Part shown: one piece after another, positions 13,030 through 25,970 of the stretch
Numbering within the stretch: the first letter of the stretch is position 1
Layout: each line of letters begins with the position of its first letter
Source: Eledone cirrhosa
Lineage: Eukaryota
Assembly: GCA_964016885.1 (NCBI GenBank)
Contig: OZ024742.1
Coordinates: 93,806,001-93,870,000 of the forward strand
Direction: 5' to 3'
Length of the DNA: 64,000 nt
Made by a program: the position numbers and the translations under genes
Notes under the pieces: model-generated
Database searches by the model: none
The model's input: only the letters and a program-made list of their open reading frames with translations
Told to the model about the DNA's origin: nothing

Positions 13030-13388
13030 TATAAAGAAAAAGAGATGAAATCGAAAATGCAACTGAAGTCGTATTTTTTTAAAAAATATATATATTTATT
13101 TGGTTCCTTTACCGGTTTCGCAGTTCTTCTGCTTTTCAAAAGGTGAGTTGAGATGGAGGGTCTGTGGTTTTTCTCACATGAGAAAAACCACAGACCCTCC
13201 ATCTCAACTCACCTTTTGAAAAGCAGAAGAATTGCGAAACCGGTAAAGGAACCAAATAAATATATATATTTTTAAAAAAAATAAGACTTCAGTTGCATTT
13301 TCGATTTCATTTCTTTTTCTTTATACTTCCACTCGTGTAGGACACCTCGGTTATTTTTCATTTTGTAAAAAAAACCTCACTTTCTAAT
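13030..13388 (+). mobile_element. Palindromic PLE-derived element (147-bp arms, 2-nt spacer) with tail
   Basis: IR 13030-13176 / 13179-13325; (TA)n on both sides; near-identical copy at 35620-35965. Confidence 0.88.
13212..13249 (+). ncRNA. Minimal type I hammerhead ribozyme motif, U3-A8 variant (mirror copy on the minus strand in the left arm)
   Basis: CCTT-TTGAAAA-GCAG(aagaa)TTGC-GAAA-CCGGT-A-AAGG: stem I, core, stem II, palindromic stem III. Confidence 0.7.
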
Positions 13389-13587
13389 ATATATATATAT
13401 ATATATAAATATATATATATATATTTATATATATATAATGTGATAGTGTGCTAATGAAAGGATACATGTAAGAAAATGAAGGTATGAAGAAAAACAGTGA
13501 CAAAAATAAAGATATTGCAACTGAGGGACTGTCATATAAATAACTGCATATAAAGAGTGAGAAATGAAATTTCGTTTTTTTTCTGTT

Positions 13588-13680
<93 letters not shown>

Positions 13681-14024
13681 ATATATAATGAGAGAGAGGG
13701 TGAGAGAGAGAATGAGAGAGAGTGAGTGAGTGATAAAGAGAGATAGAAAGTATATGAGTAAGCAAATATAAGAGGGAATAGAGAAATAAAAAAAATTGTA
13801 TAAATGAGATGAGTGGCATGTTTATTGCATTAGGAACAAAAAGTTTTAAAATAATGAATTATAAACACAAAATATAAAAATACATATAAAAATATCAGAA
13901 AATATAAAAATAAACATTAAAAACATATAGAAATATCATTTATAAAAATACATCGAAATATCAAATAAAAAAAATCACAAACAAAATACAAACACTAAAT
14001 AACTTGTTTTCTTGTCACTTCTAG

Positions 14025-14204
14025 AATCAGCAATTCATCATTTGTGCAGTGAGGTTGTTGTAGAGCACTGCTGTGCATTGTGCATAACAGAAATGATGGT
14101 AAAAGACCCCTGCATGCATGCCTCGTTTGTTCCGACGACGTGTGTGGAATACTTCTACATCTTCTCCAGACTAACCTCACCCTCACCAGTTTGGTACTAC
14201 TTTG
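14025..14204 (+). other. Candidate isolated 180-bp exon (phase 1-1, open frame)
   Basis: Acceptor ttttcttgtcacttctag, donor G|gtgagc, complex sequence amid low-complexity DNA; no family recognised. Confidence 0.3.
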
Positions 14205-14390
14205 GTGAGCATTGCTTGTGTCTTCTTTCTACCACAATTTTCCTTATTTTAATTTTTTTTCCCCTCCTTGCTGATACATCGATTCATACCTGGTTTCGGT
14301 TGTTGCTTTGTTGTTTCTGTAGCTGTTAACAATAATAATAATAATAATGATGATGATAACAACAACAACAACAACAACAACAACAACTAC

Positions 14391-14427
<37 letters not shown>

Positions 14428-14605
14428 GTTATTTTAATTGTCGTTGTTTTAGTTATTGAAGTTTGTGTTGTTTTGCTGTTAATGTTGTTTGCACTTTGTT
14501 TATTTTGGTTTAATTTTAATTAAAAATGAATAATGATAGTGATGGTGACAAAGATAAAGATGGTGGAGATATTGGTGATGCTGATGCTTATAATGATGGT
14601 GATAG

Positions 14606-14637
<32 letters not shown>

Positions 14638-14909
14638 GTGGTGGTAGTGGTGAAGAAAAAAAGAAGAAAAATGCCTAGCAAAATGAAGAAAAAGTAAGCA
14701 TAACAATATGATGAAACTATTCAGAGAAACACTCCAATGGCTATTTGCAATTCACGTATATACACATTGCACAATGCACACCTCTCATATATATGCACTT
14801 ATACACATGTCTCATATAACACACACACACATGCACACACACATATATATATATATACATATATATAGATATATAAATATATATATATGTACATACACAC
14901 ACACACATG

Positions 14910-14947
<38 letters not shown>

Positions 14948-15304
14948 TACATACACACACTGCTCATACACTTAAACATGTGAACACCCATATACACACA
15001 AAATAAGAAGCATTTTGTAAAAACCAGAGGCACGCATAGCCAAGTCTGTTGTTGCTGTGAATAATAATTACTTAATAAAGCATAATGTCTTTTGCAAGGC
15101 AAATGGAGTCAAGTGACTTGATCAAGTATGAAACAGAAGATCTGAATAATAATTTCTTTTAAAATATAACTTTTTTTTCTTTGCATAATAAGTGGAGGTG
15201 AGAGCCTTCCTTAGAACTGAAAGATGGCTAATACAAATGTATATACAAGTTGTACTTATCTGGCAAGTGACTTTATTGAGTCTTTGCATTTAAACAAAGG
15301 CAAC

Positions 15305-15443
15305 TACTGCAGAGAATAGTCATGTTAGCCAAGTAAAAACACACAAAAACTGTTAACTTTTATTTTATTTATTTCAACATCTATATAAAGTAAATGTTAA
15401 CAGTTTTTGTGTTATATAGCTAAAATTACTCTTCTATGCAGTA
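15305..15443. repeat. Imperfect inverted repeat (old MITE-like)
   Basis: ACACAAAAACTGTTAAC / GTTAACAGTTTTTGTGT with weaker outer pairing. Confidence 0.55.
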
Positions 15444-18064
15444 ATCATTTTAGTTTGAACACCCAATGAAATAAATGATTATATGAGGTAAAAGTTAACA
15501 GTTTTTTATGCTAAAATGATTTTTCCACACAAGAATATTTGCTTGAATGAATCTAGTTTGGTACCTTGAATTCTCCACATTTACAAAATATTGAGTGATT
15601 TTCTTCTTTAGAGGATGCTCTGAACATATTTGAGCTTATATACATAAAATAACCAAAGAAATATATCAAACTTTGGAGCTGTTCCTTTTGAGTGGTCAGA
15701 TAATTATTTTAGCATCTATACAAGAATGGTAAATTGATAGAATCATGACTGTCTCTGATAAAATGCCTAGTGGTATTTGTTCTAGCTCTATGATCTTAAT
15801 TCTACTCCTGTTAAGTTTAACTTTGCCTTTCATCTTTTTAGCCTATAAAATAAATGTTCCACCTCAGGACAGTATTTAGGTGCAATTCTAAAGGCATTAT
15901 ACTAAGCAGCTTATAAAATTTGTTCCAGATCTTCACATTCTAAGCTCAGCTGTGATGACAGTGGTACTGAGCTGTATTAACCTTTGTGTTACCCTTGGTA
16001 AACATTAAGGTGAGAAGCATAGGTAGTTGTTGATCTTCCAAACATCCTATAGAGAAATATTCCAGTTGCAGATACATGATCAACACAGACTGACAGACGA
16101 CTTAGATACACATAGATGTTGGAAATATCTTTGTTAAAAACTGAGTAGGTTTCACCTTGTTCAAATTCATGTATATGCAGGTGTTCCTTGATTTCTTTCC
16201 ACCTCCCAATATTAGTGACAGGATTGTTATCTATCAAGAGGTGTATTTTTTCAAGGGAATAGTTAAGAACACTTTAAGACAGATATCATCAGCAGGTAGT
16301 GGACATGACTACAAGGATGTAATAGCATATATACTTCATCACCAATATTTCTCCCTAGGTAAATATTTCTAACTTAGACATATCACATATTTGCAGGGAG
16401 AATATAGTTCCTGACTGCAACATTACTTTTATCAATATTAGAAGGCTGGAAAATTACAAACTCATTTCTAGCATGATGTGAAAAAAGAAAAAAATCTTTA
16501 TATAGATGTCACCAATAGTCAACTGCAACACAGAGCTGAAAATTAAAGCTATGTTTTTATGCTTACAGCAAAGTATGAGTCCTCATGAACATTTTTCAAT
16601 TAGTATTTCAGAATATGGATTATTGATGTTTTGGGACTAATTACTTCCTATGAGAGGAAAACCTGCTGGTGAAGAGGTATACTATCTGCTATTTGTAACT
16701 TCTGAGAGAAGTGCCACCACTGTTCCAGTGACAAGAAGTGAGATTGAACTCAAAACCATCATAGCAACTGCAGATACTAAAAAGCATCTCATCAAAGTCT
16801 TTTGAAGATTAGATATAACATAATCAATTTTGAATCCAACAGATGATAATTGGTGAGGGGAGATTCATGTCAATCATTTTATTGCTTCGTTTGTGTCTCA
16901 ACCTCATCTTTAGAGATAAGTACCATAACTTCACTAGGGGGAAAATGACATAACTTACATGTTATGTAAGCGTGGAAAATGGACGTTAAACGAAGATGAT
17001 GATGATGATGATGAAAGGATTTGAATTTTACTTGTTTATCCATTTTGATACCAAATCTCTTGAAACCACTCCTGATTCTATGATACTAAGCTGTTTATTT
17101 TAAAGCATGTATATTTTTTTCAAAAAACTTCCATCATAATTTTATGCAAGAAGCTTTGATAAGTTATGCTCCAATCCAGATAAATAATGGAAAGATTTGT
17201 TATATTACTAAATTACTCAAAATTCTTGATTATTTTCAAAATTATTTGAAGGGGTTAATAGTAGAGTACACAGACCCAGCCCAGGATCAACTGCTCATAA
17301 AATTTGTTCATTAACAAAAATATAATTATAGTACTAAATCCATCTAAATTTTTGATTATTTTCAAAATGGTTTTAGAAACACAAGCAGAATCTTTTTATT
17401 AGAAATGTGTTAATTAAAGTGTTAATGGTACAGAAACCAGGCCAGGATCAAATACTGACCAAGTGTCTCCCTATGAAAAGGGCTATTAACTAAAATACAT
17501 GAGGTGAATGAAATCATTTTAGATTGTGTACTCATTACTGCCATTTTATTGTTCTCATACACAACAGCTGTATGTTCTTGTAACTGTAAGATAGGTACTT
17601 AGCTGTGAACAAGAATAATATTCTAATTTTGTGATAAAGTAGTAAGCAGTGATAACAATGTTAGAATGTAAAAAGCAGCTGCTTCAGTGTGATAAAATAA
17701 ACATAAATATATTCATTGTATGATTAATTTGCCTATTTAGTGTTGTAATATACTGAACAGTAAAACCATTTGTAACATGTGGTCAATAAAATTAAATTAG
17801 AAAAGTGTTTACACTTCATGATGAAATATCCAACAAAGTTATATTAGAAAAATATATATCTTAAGTGAATATTTTACCACTTGTTAAATAATTTAATCTG
17901 TGGAAAAGAGACTGTGTCTAGAATGTCCACAGCTTTTCAGGGCTAGACAGGAGAAGAAGGGAGAGTTGAAAAAGATAAATTTGTTATTCTTTTATTATTC
18001 AACTGGTTTTAGTTATTAGTCTGCTGTCAAGCTATGGCATAACCTTGAAGAGATTTTAATCAAT

Positions 18065-18278
18065 TACTGTTTATACTCGAATATAGGCCAATCCAAATAT
18101 AAGCACCTCCACATCTATTTTATGTCTGAGAAATGGGCAAAACTCTAGACCTCATTTATAAGCCGAGGTAGCTAATAAACAGGTTGTTTAAATGGCATAT
18201 ATAAGCCAACCTCTCCTTCATTTTACCATCGATTTTTTGGTCAAATATTCTTCAGCTTATATTTAAATACATACAGTA
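18065..18278. mobile_element. Tc1/mariner-pogo-like MITE, degenerate
   Basis: Ends TACTGTTTATACTCGAATATA / TATATTTAAATACATACAGTA; internal homology to 29458-29846. Confidence 0.6.
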
Positions 18279-18426
18279 TATCCAATAAATGCTTAATTTA
18301 TTGGTTTGTGTGATAAACACACTAAACTTACCCAGAATTAAGAACTTATATACTGTAATAAACAGTCAATATAATATTGTTATTAAAGCAACTATTTACT
18401 TCAAAGTTTGGCCAATATTATTTTGT

Positions 18427-18607
18427 GAATTGGCAGTATCGGTAGAGGGTCAGACATGCTTTCCAGCACAGTTACGTCGCTTTATGATCTGAGTTCAAAT
18501 CCCGCCGAGGTTAACTTTGCCTTTCATCCTTACGAGGTCAATAAAATAATGTACCAGTAATGTACTGGGTAATTGCTGGCCTTGTGCCAAAAGTAGGAAA
18601 CAATTAT
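18427..18607 (+). mobile_element. SINE family A
   Basis: A/B boxes and body. Confidence 0.9.
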
Positions 18608-19602
18608 TTTATGGTGTCAGAATGTAACAGCTTATGTGTGGTTTTTGAATGACTTAAATAATACTTCCTCAATGTAATTACTTTATGGATATTGTTTTAG
18701 AAATTTTTGGTATTTACATGTTTTTGTTGTTTAGCCACGGGTTGATTTTGATTGAGCAAAACTGTGATCCAAATGTTTCCAGTAACGAGTATCCCATCTT
18801 TTGCTCGAGTATAGTTTATATATTGAGAACTACATTAAGTAATATGTTCTTTTTTTTCAGACAACAGAGTATAATTAGAGGGAAATGTGGCTGCTATTTA
18901 TAGCAGAGCAAGTCACCATATTGAGACTCACTCATCATTTTTACAGCAGAAAGTTCATCTTACCTACTGCTACTAACTGAATTGTAGTTGGAGTCTTATC
19001 TTTCAGCATTTTTGTGGACTGATGCTTTCTTACTAACCCTTTGTTTACTATATTTATAACTATATTTCTAATGAAATATACTGATTTTCAATGAAATCTT
19101 AAAACCATTAAAATGTTAAAGGAATTTAGGAATATCACATAAATTTACCATTATTAAGATGGTATTCGGGCATAAATTTAACAAAGGGTCTTACTTAAAA
19201 TTATTTCAAGTAAATATAAACACTTTAAAGCAAACAGTAGTGGATCATAATATCAAGAGAGGCTTCATGTAGTTTAGAATCAAAAGTGTTAATGTACATT
19301 TACCTAGATGTATAATAAAATGGATGTTGTAACTATAGTTATCTTTCCTTTCATTTGTATATAGTATTCTGAAACAGAGCACATGAAATATATGGCTTTT
19401 ATTTCTGAAAGATTAAAGGACTATTTTAAAGGGAAACATGTCTGCTACAATCAGAATGTGATAACATAGATGATGTATCACTAGATTCATTACTACACTG
19501 AACTGGCTTCTTGTGGAAGGTTTTAAACAACTTCCAGTGCACCTGACAAAATCATAATCACCCACATCAATCAACTTAACCTTTCTCAAAACTACTCTAG
19601 AT

Positions 19603-19907
19603 TAGGGGTGGCAAACATTTTAAATTTGAAGAACCCTTTATAGCTAAAAGTATAATTGAAACTATTGGAGGTGCATAGTTTATTATAAACAAAAATATAT
19701 AAGAGAAAATATGCATTTAGCTAGGTCAATGCGATATTTGGCTGTGAATCACATCTAAAATTATTGCAATGTTCATATGATAAAGCATAGCTGTTATTTT
19801 AAATTAAGATTGAAGATTTAATTTAAAAACTAATCAGAGTGTTTAAGTCAAGCAAGATTGGTTAATGAGTCATATGGGTCTTCAGAGCCATAGGTTTCCA
19901 GCTCCTG
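19603..19907. mobile_element. Old hAT-like MITE
   Basis: TAGGGGTGGCAAAC / GTTTCCAGCTCCTG; decayed TSD CTCTAGAT / CTCAAGGA. Confidence 0.45.
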
Positions 19908-20373
19908 CTCAAGGACAAACCATTTTATCTAGAAGTGGCCTATGGACCTTTTTGTGGGTAGTGTGTAGGTGGGAGTGGGGGTTTAAATAGAAAAGAAACA
20001 AAACTAAAAAAAAAGAAAAAAAAGAAAAATTATTCAAAACATCAATCTCTTTAAAAATATACATGCTGAGTGCAAAACAGCATGAATGTGCAGTATAACA
20101 AAGATCACATGGTGGCAGAGTAGACTAGTGCACATAATATCTATGCTGCATGATCTAAAGGTTGTTTTTTAAGAATTTAATTGGGTACTTTGGCAATTTG
20201 GCAAAGTCATAAAAACGTCAAATGGAATGTTCCACAGTTTTTGTTCTGGCTCTCTGGACTCTATGACTTCAATCCCACTGAGATCAACATTTACTTTTAT
20301 CCTTTCAAGGTCAATAAAAAAAATAACAGTTTAGTACTGGAATCGATTTTTCCTCTATATCTATTTCTCACTT

Positions 20374-20375
<2 letters not shown>

Positions 20376-20465
<90 letters not shown>
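20376..20465. repeat. (CT)n microsatellite
   Basis: Directly visible. Confidence 0.97.
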
Positions 20466-20470
<5 letters not shown>

Positions 20471-21781
20471 CTGGTAGAAATAATCTGTATTCAGACCTGG
20501 AGAGAGGATGGGTTTAAAGTCGCCAAGACTTGCTGTATGTCTAGACAGTACCCCTTCGACCTGATCAGAAGTTACGTATCCATACATACTTAACAACAAC
20601 ATTATCAAAAGTAACAACAATGATATGTCATTAGTGAAATCAAGTATTGGTACTTGGTCTTGATCACTGTGTTCAGATCTGAGTTCAAATCCCACCAAGT
20701 TCATTTTTGTCATTAACCCTTTTGGAGTTGACAAATAAAGAAACATTCCAGGAATGTTGGATTTGGCAAACTTTTTAAGAGCCTGACAAGATGCTTTATA
20801 GCATCTGATCAGGTTATGTGTTTGTCCTGAGCCCATATCCCACATCAGCCTCCGATAGGTTGTGACCAACAGATAGTATCAACAATGGAAATACTAATGA
20901 ATACATTGTTTCCATAGTTCAATCTAAAAACACTTCTTTTCTTTTCCTTTCTTTTAGAGAGATTTAAACATTTAGTACTCAGACCAATTTTGGAAAGATA
21001 GATTGGAACATGTCATCTACATAAGTGTACCAGAAGGAGGCAAAGTAATTGCGCTTCTTGTTTCAGTTGGCTTTGTTGTTAGGTATTGTTGTTGTTGTTG
21101 TTGTTTAACCCCAATTCAACTCTGATCTAAAACATTCCAGCCATGAAAACCTCATTTTTTCCAACATGTAAGGAATCCAGGATCATATTATCCAGTGGCT
21201 CCTTCTAAGTCAGTGAGATATGATATGAGGGGGATCTGGTTGCTATTTCTAACATACCAAGTAACCATGTACGAACTACTTTATTGGTTTGAGTTGGTTT
21301 ATTTGCTAAAACATGGTGCAATCACATTATATTTGAGATGTTGGCAGTATGGCGGACAGCTAACAAGCTGAAATGCTAACAAATATATTATGTTTGGAGA
21401 TATGATATCTTTTATACTATAATGCAGTTTCAAACTTCCATAGATATAATTTCTTTAATCTTTCACTCTTATACTGGTTTCAGTCAACAGACTATAGCTA
21501 CGATAACACTCCACCTTCAAGAGATTTAGTCAATCATATCAACCACAGAGTTTATTTTTTCAAATGCATATTTATCAATCTCTATTTTGATGAGCTGCTA
21601 AGTTACAAGACATAGACAAACATAAACACTGACATTGACCTGCACACACTATACATACATATACACACACTTATTTATAAATATACATACATACATATAC
21701 AATAAGGGTGTGTAGTGTGCATGTCAATATCTGTGTTTGCGTTTACTATTTGTTTATGTCCTGTAAATTATATATATATAT

Positions 21782-23888
21782 AGTAATAATAATAAATTTG
21801 AAGACTAAAATCTAAAGAGGGCTCCATAAGGATAAATATATATCAAATATATAAGAACCGTAGAGCAAATATTTAGTAAAATAACAGATTAAAGTTTAAG
21901 CAAAGAATCGCTGCTTTCACCCTTAACGGGATCTTCTGAAACTAACAAATTCAATCTGTGAACGCAGAAGTGAATATTTTAAAAAAACGTTGCAACCGGA
22001 GGAAGACAGGAATACGATACTTTCGTTCGTGGAGACGTTCCCTGGCAAAGAACGGGAAAAAATGAATATAACACGTCATTATTTAGAGCGGTGAAAAACA
22101 ATTACACGCAAAGACAAAACCACGTTTATGGTATAAAAGAAGTCGTAGACTAATATTCTATTAGGTGGTTCATAGAGACGTTCTCTGGCAATGAACGGTA
22201 AAAACGAAGATAATACGTCATATGTGGAGCGGGGAGAACAATTGCACGCAAAGTCCAAACCACGTAAATGGTATAACTGAAGTCGTAGACTAAAATTCTC
22301 ACTAGGAAACCGATTGATTCTCGGCTTCAGAGTTAAGAATAAAGTAAATAAAATCCAGAGGTAATTGAAATTAAATAAGTACATACACGCATCCATAACG
22401 TACATACACAAGCATACGCGGAAACACTCGCCATAGGTATACAAATACACGCACATACACAAAAATTGAAAAAAACCCGCACGCACATACAGAACTCACG
22501 CAACGCCTGTACCCGCACGCATACGAATGTAACACCAAATACACATAAAAAATATATATAAAAATAAATGGCTTGCATTACCCGTATAGAAAGCCGAGTG
22601 ATACGCTTAATTACATAAATAAGCATTCTAACCATCCTTCCAGCATAACCAAGAACCTGGTAAGAAACGGTTCTTTGAGGCTTTCCCATCTATCTACTAA
22701 CGAGGATATTTTCAACGACCATTCCACATATTACAATGAAGCTCTTGCTCGGAGTGGATTTGTCGATAAGGTAGCATATACAGAGTACGAGAATAGACCT
22801 AGAAGAAATAGATCTCGACGCATTATATGGTATAACCCACCATATAATATGGAGGTGGCCACACCATTAGCTAAGATCTTTCTCTCCCTTATTATGAAGC
22901 ATTTTCCCCCTACACATAAATATAGTAACATTTTTAATAGAAATACTATTAAAATTTCTTACTCTACGACTCCTAACATTGCACATAACATCACAGCTTC
23001 AAATTTAGCTAAACTACCTAGCCGTAGGAACACGTGCAACCCTGTAGTTAGAACTAACTGTAATTGTAGGAACCGGGTTGACTGCCCCCTATCCGGGAAA
23101 TGCCTCTCTAGTAACATTGTATACAAATGTAAGTTTGAAACACCCACGTCCCGTAGGGCCTACATAGGGTTAACCGCCAATAGATTCAAGCAGCGTCTTT
23201 ACATGCATACCCATTCTTTTCGTTACTCTTTAAGAAGGAATATGACGTCACTTTCAGCTTATATCTGGAGTCTAAAAGACAACCACACCCAATATAAGTT
23301 ACACTGGGGGATCCTAGTTAGGGCTAGATCGTATAACGGAAATAAAAGAACATGTGACCTCTGCGCCGCTGAGGCCCTGGAAATACTCTACGCCAAAGAC
23401 CACATCTTAAACAAAAAATCTGAGGCAATTTCGGCTTGTAAACATAAATTGAACAAAACTTTCCTGTATTACAGCCCCACTTTATACCCTAACGGATAGT
23501 ACGAACTATACGCGGATGAGTTACGTATTGATGTGGAAGCTAAGTATATTTTATGTTTATACCATTACTTATTTGTATAGGTAAGTATATATCACCTGTA
23601 TGTTTGTGAAGGTACGTATACTTTGTCGTACGCATATTTGATTGTATATGTTATGGCGTATATATTATATATTCTGGTACATATGCTTTTGGTTATGTGT
23701 ATACGTGAGTTTTGCGTCTGTGTGAGTATGCGGGTTCATACGTATGTAGAGTGTGTGTATGTGTGTACTTCGTGTTTTGGTTGACGTAGTCTCCGAACAT
23801 ATGTGTATTTACATGTAGGTATGTGTGTGCGCTTGTTATATACGTATTTATTTATTTATATACGTTTATTTAATTATATGTATACACG

Positions 23889-23919
<31 letters not shown>

Positions 23920-24603
23920 TTTTTATATATATTTGTATGTGTATTTGGTGTTACATTCGTATGCATGCAGGCGTTGCGTGGGTTCTGTATGTGCGTGAGG
24001 GTTTTTTTTGTGTGTGTGTATGTGCGTGTATCTGTATACCTATGGCGAGTATTCCCGCGTATGCTTGTGTATGTACGTTATGGATGCGTGTATGTACTTA
24101 TTTAATTTCAATTACCTCCGTATTTTATTTACTTTATTCTTAACTCTGAAGCCGAGAATCATTCGGTTTCCTAGTTAGAATTTTAGTCTACGAATCAGTT
24201 ATACCATTTACGTAGTTTGTCTTTGCGTGCAATTGTTCTCTTCACTCCACATATGACGTATTATCTTCGTTTTTTCCGTTCATTGTCAGAGAACCTCTCT
24301 ATGAACCACCTAATAGAATATTAGTCTACAACTTCTTTTATACCATAAACGTGGTTCTGTCTTTGCGCGTAATTGTTTTTCACCGCTCCAATTAATGACG
24401 TATTATATTCGTTTTTTCCCGTTCTTTGCCAGGGAACGTTTCCACGAACCAAAGTATCGTCTTCCTGTCTTCCTCCGGTTGCAACGTTTTTTGAAATATT
24501 CACTTCTGCGTTCACAGATTGACTTTGTTAGTTTCAGAAGATCCCGTTAAGGGTGAAAGCAGCGATTCTTTGCTTAAACTTTAATCTGTTATTTTATTAA
24601 ATA
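21782..24603 (+). mobile_element. Penelope-like element, 5'-truncated, with inverted ~700-bp pseudo-LTR arms, in (TA)n
   Basis: About 21868-22562 is the reverse complement of about 23915-24603; GIY-YIG ORF between; unique tail 21782-21867. Confidence 0.9.
22573..23499 (+). CDS. PLE RT thumb + Cys linker + GIY-YIG endonuclease (5'-truncated, probably Naiad-like)
   Basis: PYRKP, SNHP, WYNPPY, CNC-x5-CPLSGKC, IVY..YIGLT..FKQR..H, CDLC..E, LNKKSE..CKH. Confidence 0.9.
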   Translation: MHYPYRKPSDTLNYINKHSNHPSSITKNLVRNGSLRLSHLSTNEDIFNDHSTYYNEALARSGFVDKVAYTEYENRPRRNRSRRIIWYNPPYNMEVATPLAKIFLSLIMKHFPPTHKYSNIFNRNTIKISYSTTPNIAHNITASNLAKLPSRRNTCNPVVRTNCNCRNRVDCPLSGKCLSSNIVYKCKFETPTSRRAYIGLTANRFKQRLYMHTHSFRYSLRRNMTSLSAYIWSLKDNHTQYKLHWGILVRARSYNGNKRTCDLCAAEALEILYAKDHILNKKSEAISACKHKLNKTFLYYSPTLYPNG

Positions 24604-25271
24604 TATATATATATATATGTGTGTGTGTCATGGGATTTGACAGTTTCTGTTAACCAAATTTCACTCAACCCACAGTTATAGTAAAAGACAACTAATTGCC
24701 CAAGTAAAACTGGACTTGAAAGCTCTTTTTTGCAAACTGTTTAACTATATAGCCATGTCTGCAACTATAAAGCCATGTCTATCAGATGCAATAGAAAGAT
24801 AAATGTTTTTTTAAGATAAAAGAGAGAAGTATTTGACCAACCATGTCTGGCAAGAGAAATCTTTGGCTAAATTGTGAAGCTATTTTCTAAATCTTTTCCC
24901 CATCTCTTGGTTTAAAAGCTTCTTGTTAAGTTATACTATTCCAGTGGTTGATTTCAGGAGCTCTCATGTTTTCTCTGGCCAACCCATCTTCTAATAACAC
25001 TAGTATAAGTTTAAGGTATGTCTTGTGGAATTTTTTCTCCTGTACATTAGTGAATGACATATTATTATCTTTTTAATATTTCTATATTATAGCAAAAGTA
25101 AGTAAATGTCTCAATTTTAGAAAGCTAATATACTTTTGTTGGACATTATGGAAACAACAGAGTAAAACAGTTTTCAAAAATATTTCCTTGAGTTTAATAC
25201 TGGCAAAAATATTGATATTCCAACAACAATTGACAAGAAGCAGCATAACTAATGCTTTGTTCTTCTTAATG

Positions 25272-25331
25272 CTAACCGACCCATATCTGCCTCTGGTTCC
25301 ATGAAACAAAACCATCCATTTTAAAGGATTT
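25272..25331 (-). CDS. Candidate terminal coding exon of unknown host gene
   Basis: Acceptor tttttatttcaaacag; phase 0, KSFKMDGFVSWNQRQIWVG*. Confidence 0.3.
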   Translation of the reverse strand, partial: KSFKMDGFVSWNQRQIWVG

Positions 25332-25442
25332 CTGTTTGAAATAAAAACTTCCAATATAATTTTATATATCATCTTAATAACAAAACAATTAATAGAAGAG
25401 AATTAGAATTTAGCTTCGAGCATAGCTTTATACAGATATGTA

Positions 25443-25651
25443 TTGGAATTTCGTATTTCTAAAGAAATACGGTATTTTTATAAATAAACATTTAGGAGGG
25501 ATCATCTTGACAAGAACCAGTTCAGTTCGAAATGCATTGACGATTGTCCCCCTTACTTCTGCTGGACACCGCCAGTGTTTTTGCATAGCTAAGGCTTTCT
25601 AAATGTTTATTTATAAACATACCATATTTCGTTAGAAATATGAAATTCCAA
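25443..25651 (+). mobile_element. Fold-back element with an HHR-like motif in its spacer
   Basis: Arms about 25443-25495 and 25599-25651; TTGACAA-GAAC..GTTC-GAAA-TGCAT-T at 25507-25538. Confidence 0.6.
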
Positions 25652-25765
25652 ATCAAAACAATTAGCAATTTTATTTAACAATTATTCATTTTAGTAAATA
25701 CTTTCATATTCCTCACAAATGTATTCAAGTACTGTGTATTTAATTATATATATGGTAACAAGGTT

Positions 25766-25970
25766 GGGATTGATAGATTTGTTAGAATGTCAGACAAAAT
25801 CTTTATGGTATTTGTTATGACTTTTTATGTTCTAAGTTCAAATCCTGATGAGGTCAACTTTGCCTTTCATCCTTCCAAGGGTAAATAAAATAAAGTAGTA
25901 GTCAAGTACCTTGTTTTAATTGATTTTCCCTTCTCCATAATATTGACCTTGTGCCGAAATTAGAAATTAT
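25766..25970 (+). mobile_element. Older SINE family A-related copy (similar at about 28590-28800, 32340-32500, 51207-51400)
   Basis: AGTTCAAATCC..GGTCAACTTTGCCTTTCATCC..AAAATAAAGTA. Confidence 0.7.

Noticed and set aside
15989-16372. Overlapping short ORFs on both strands
   Set aside because: No recognisable domain or clear splice pair; possibly an old TE.
17030-17260. piggyBac-like MITE family (similar pieces near 5100, 19035, 31955)
   Set aside because: The repeat is evident, but TIRs and TTAA sites are too decayed to classify.
22573-23499. Selenocysteine (TGA) recoding as reported for some Naiad PLEs
   Set aside because: All Cys positions are sense codons and there is no in-frame TGA. 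The TGA at 53910-53912 in the other PLE lies at the normal C-terminus.
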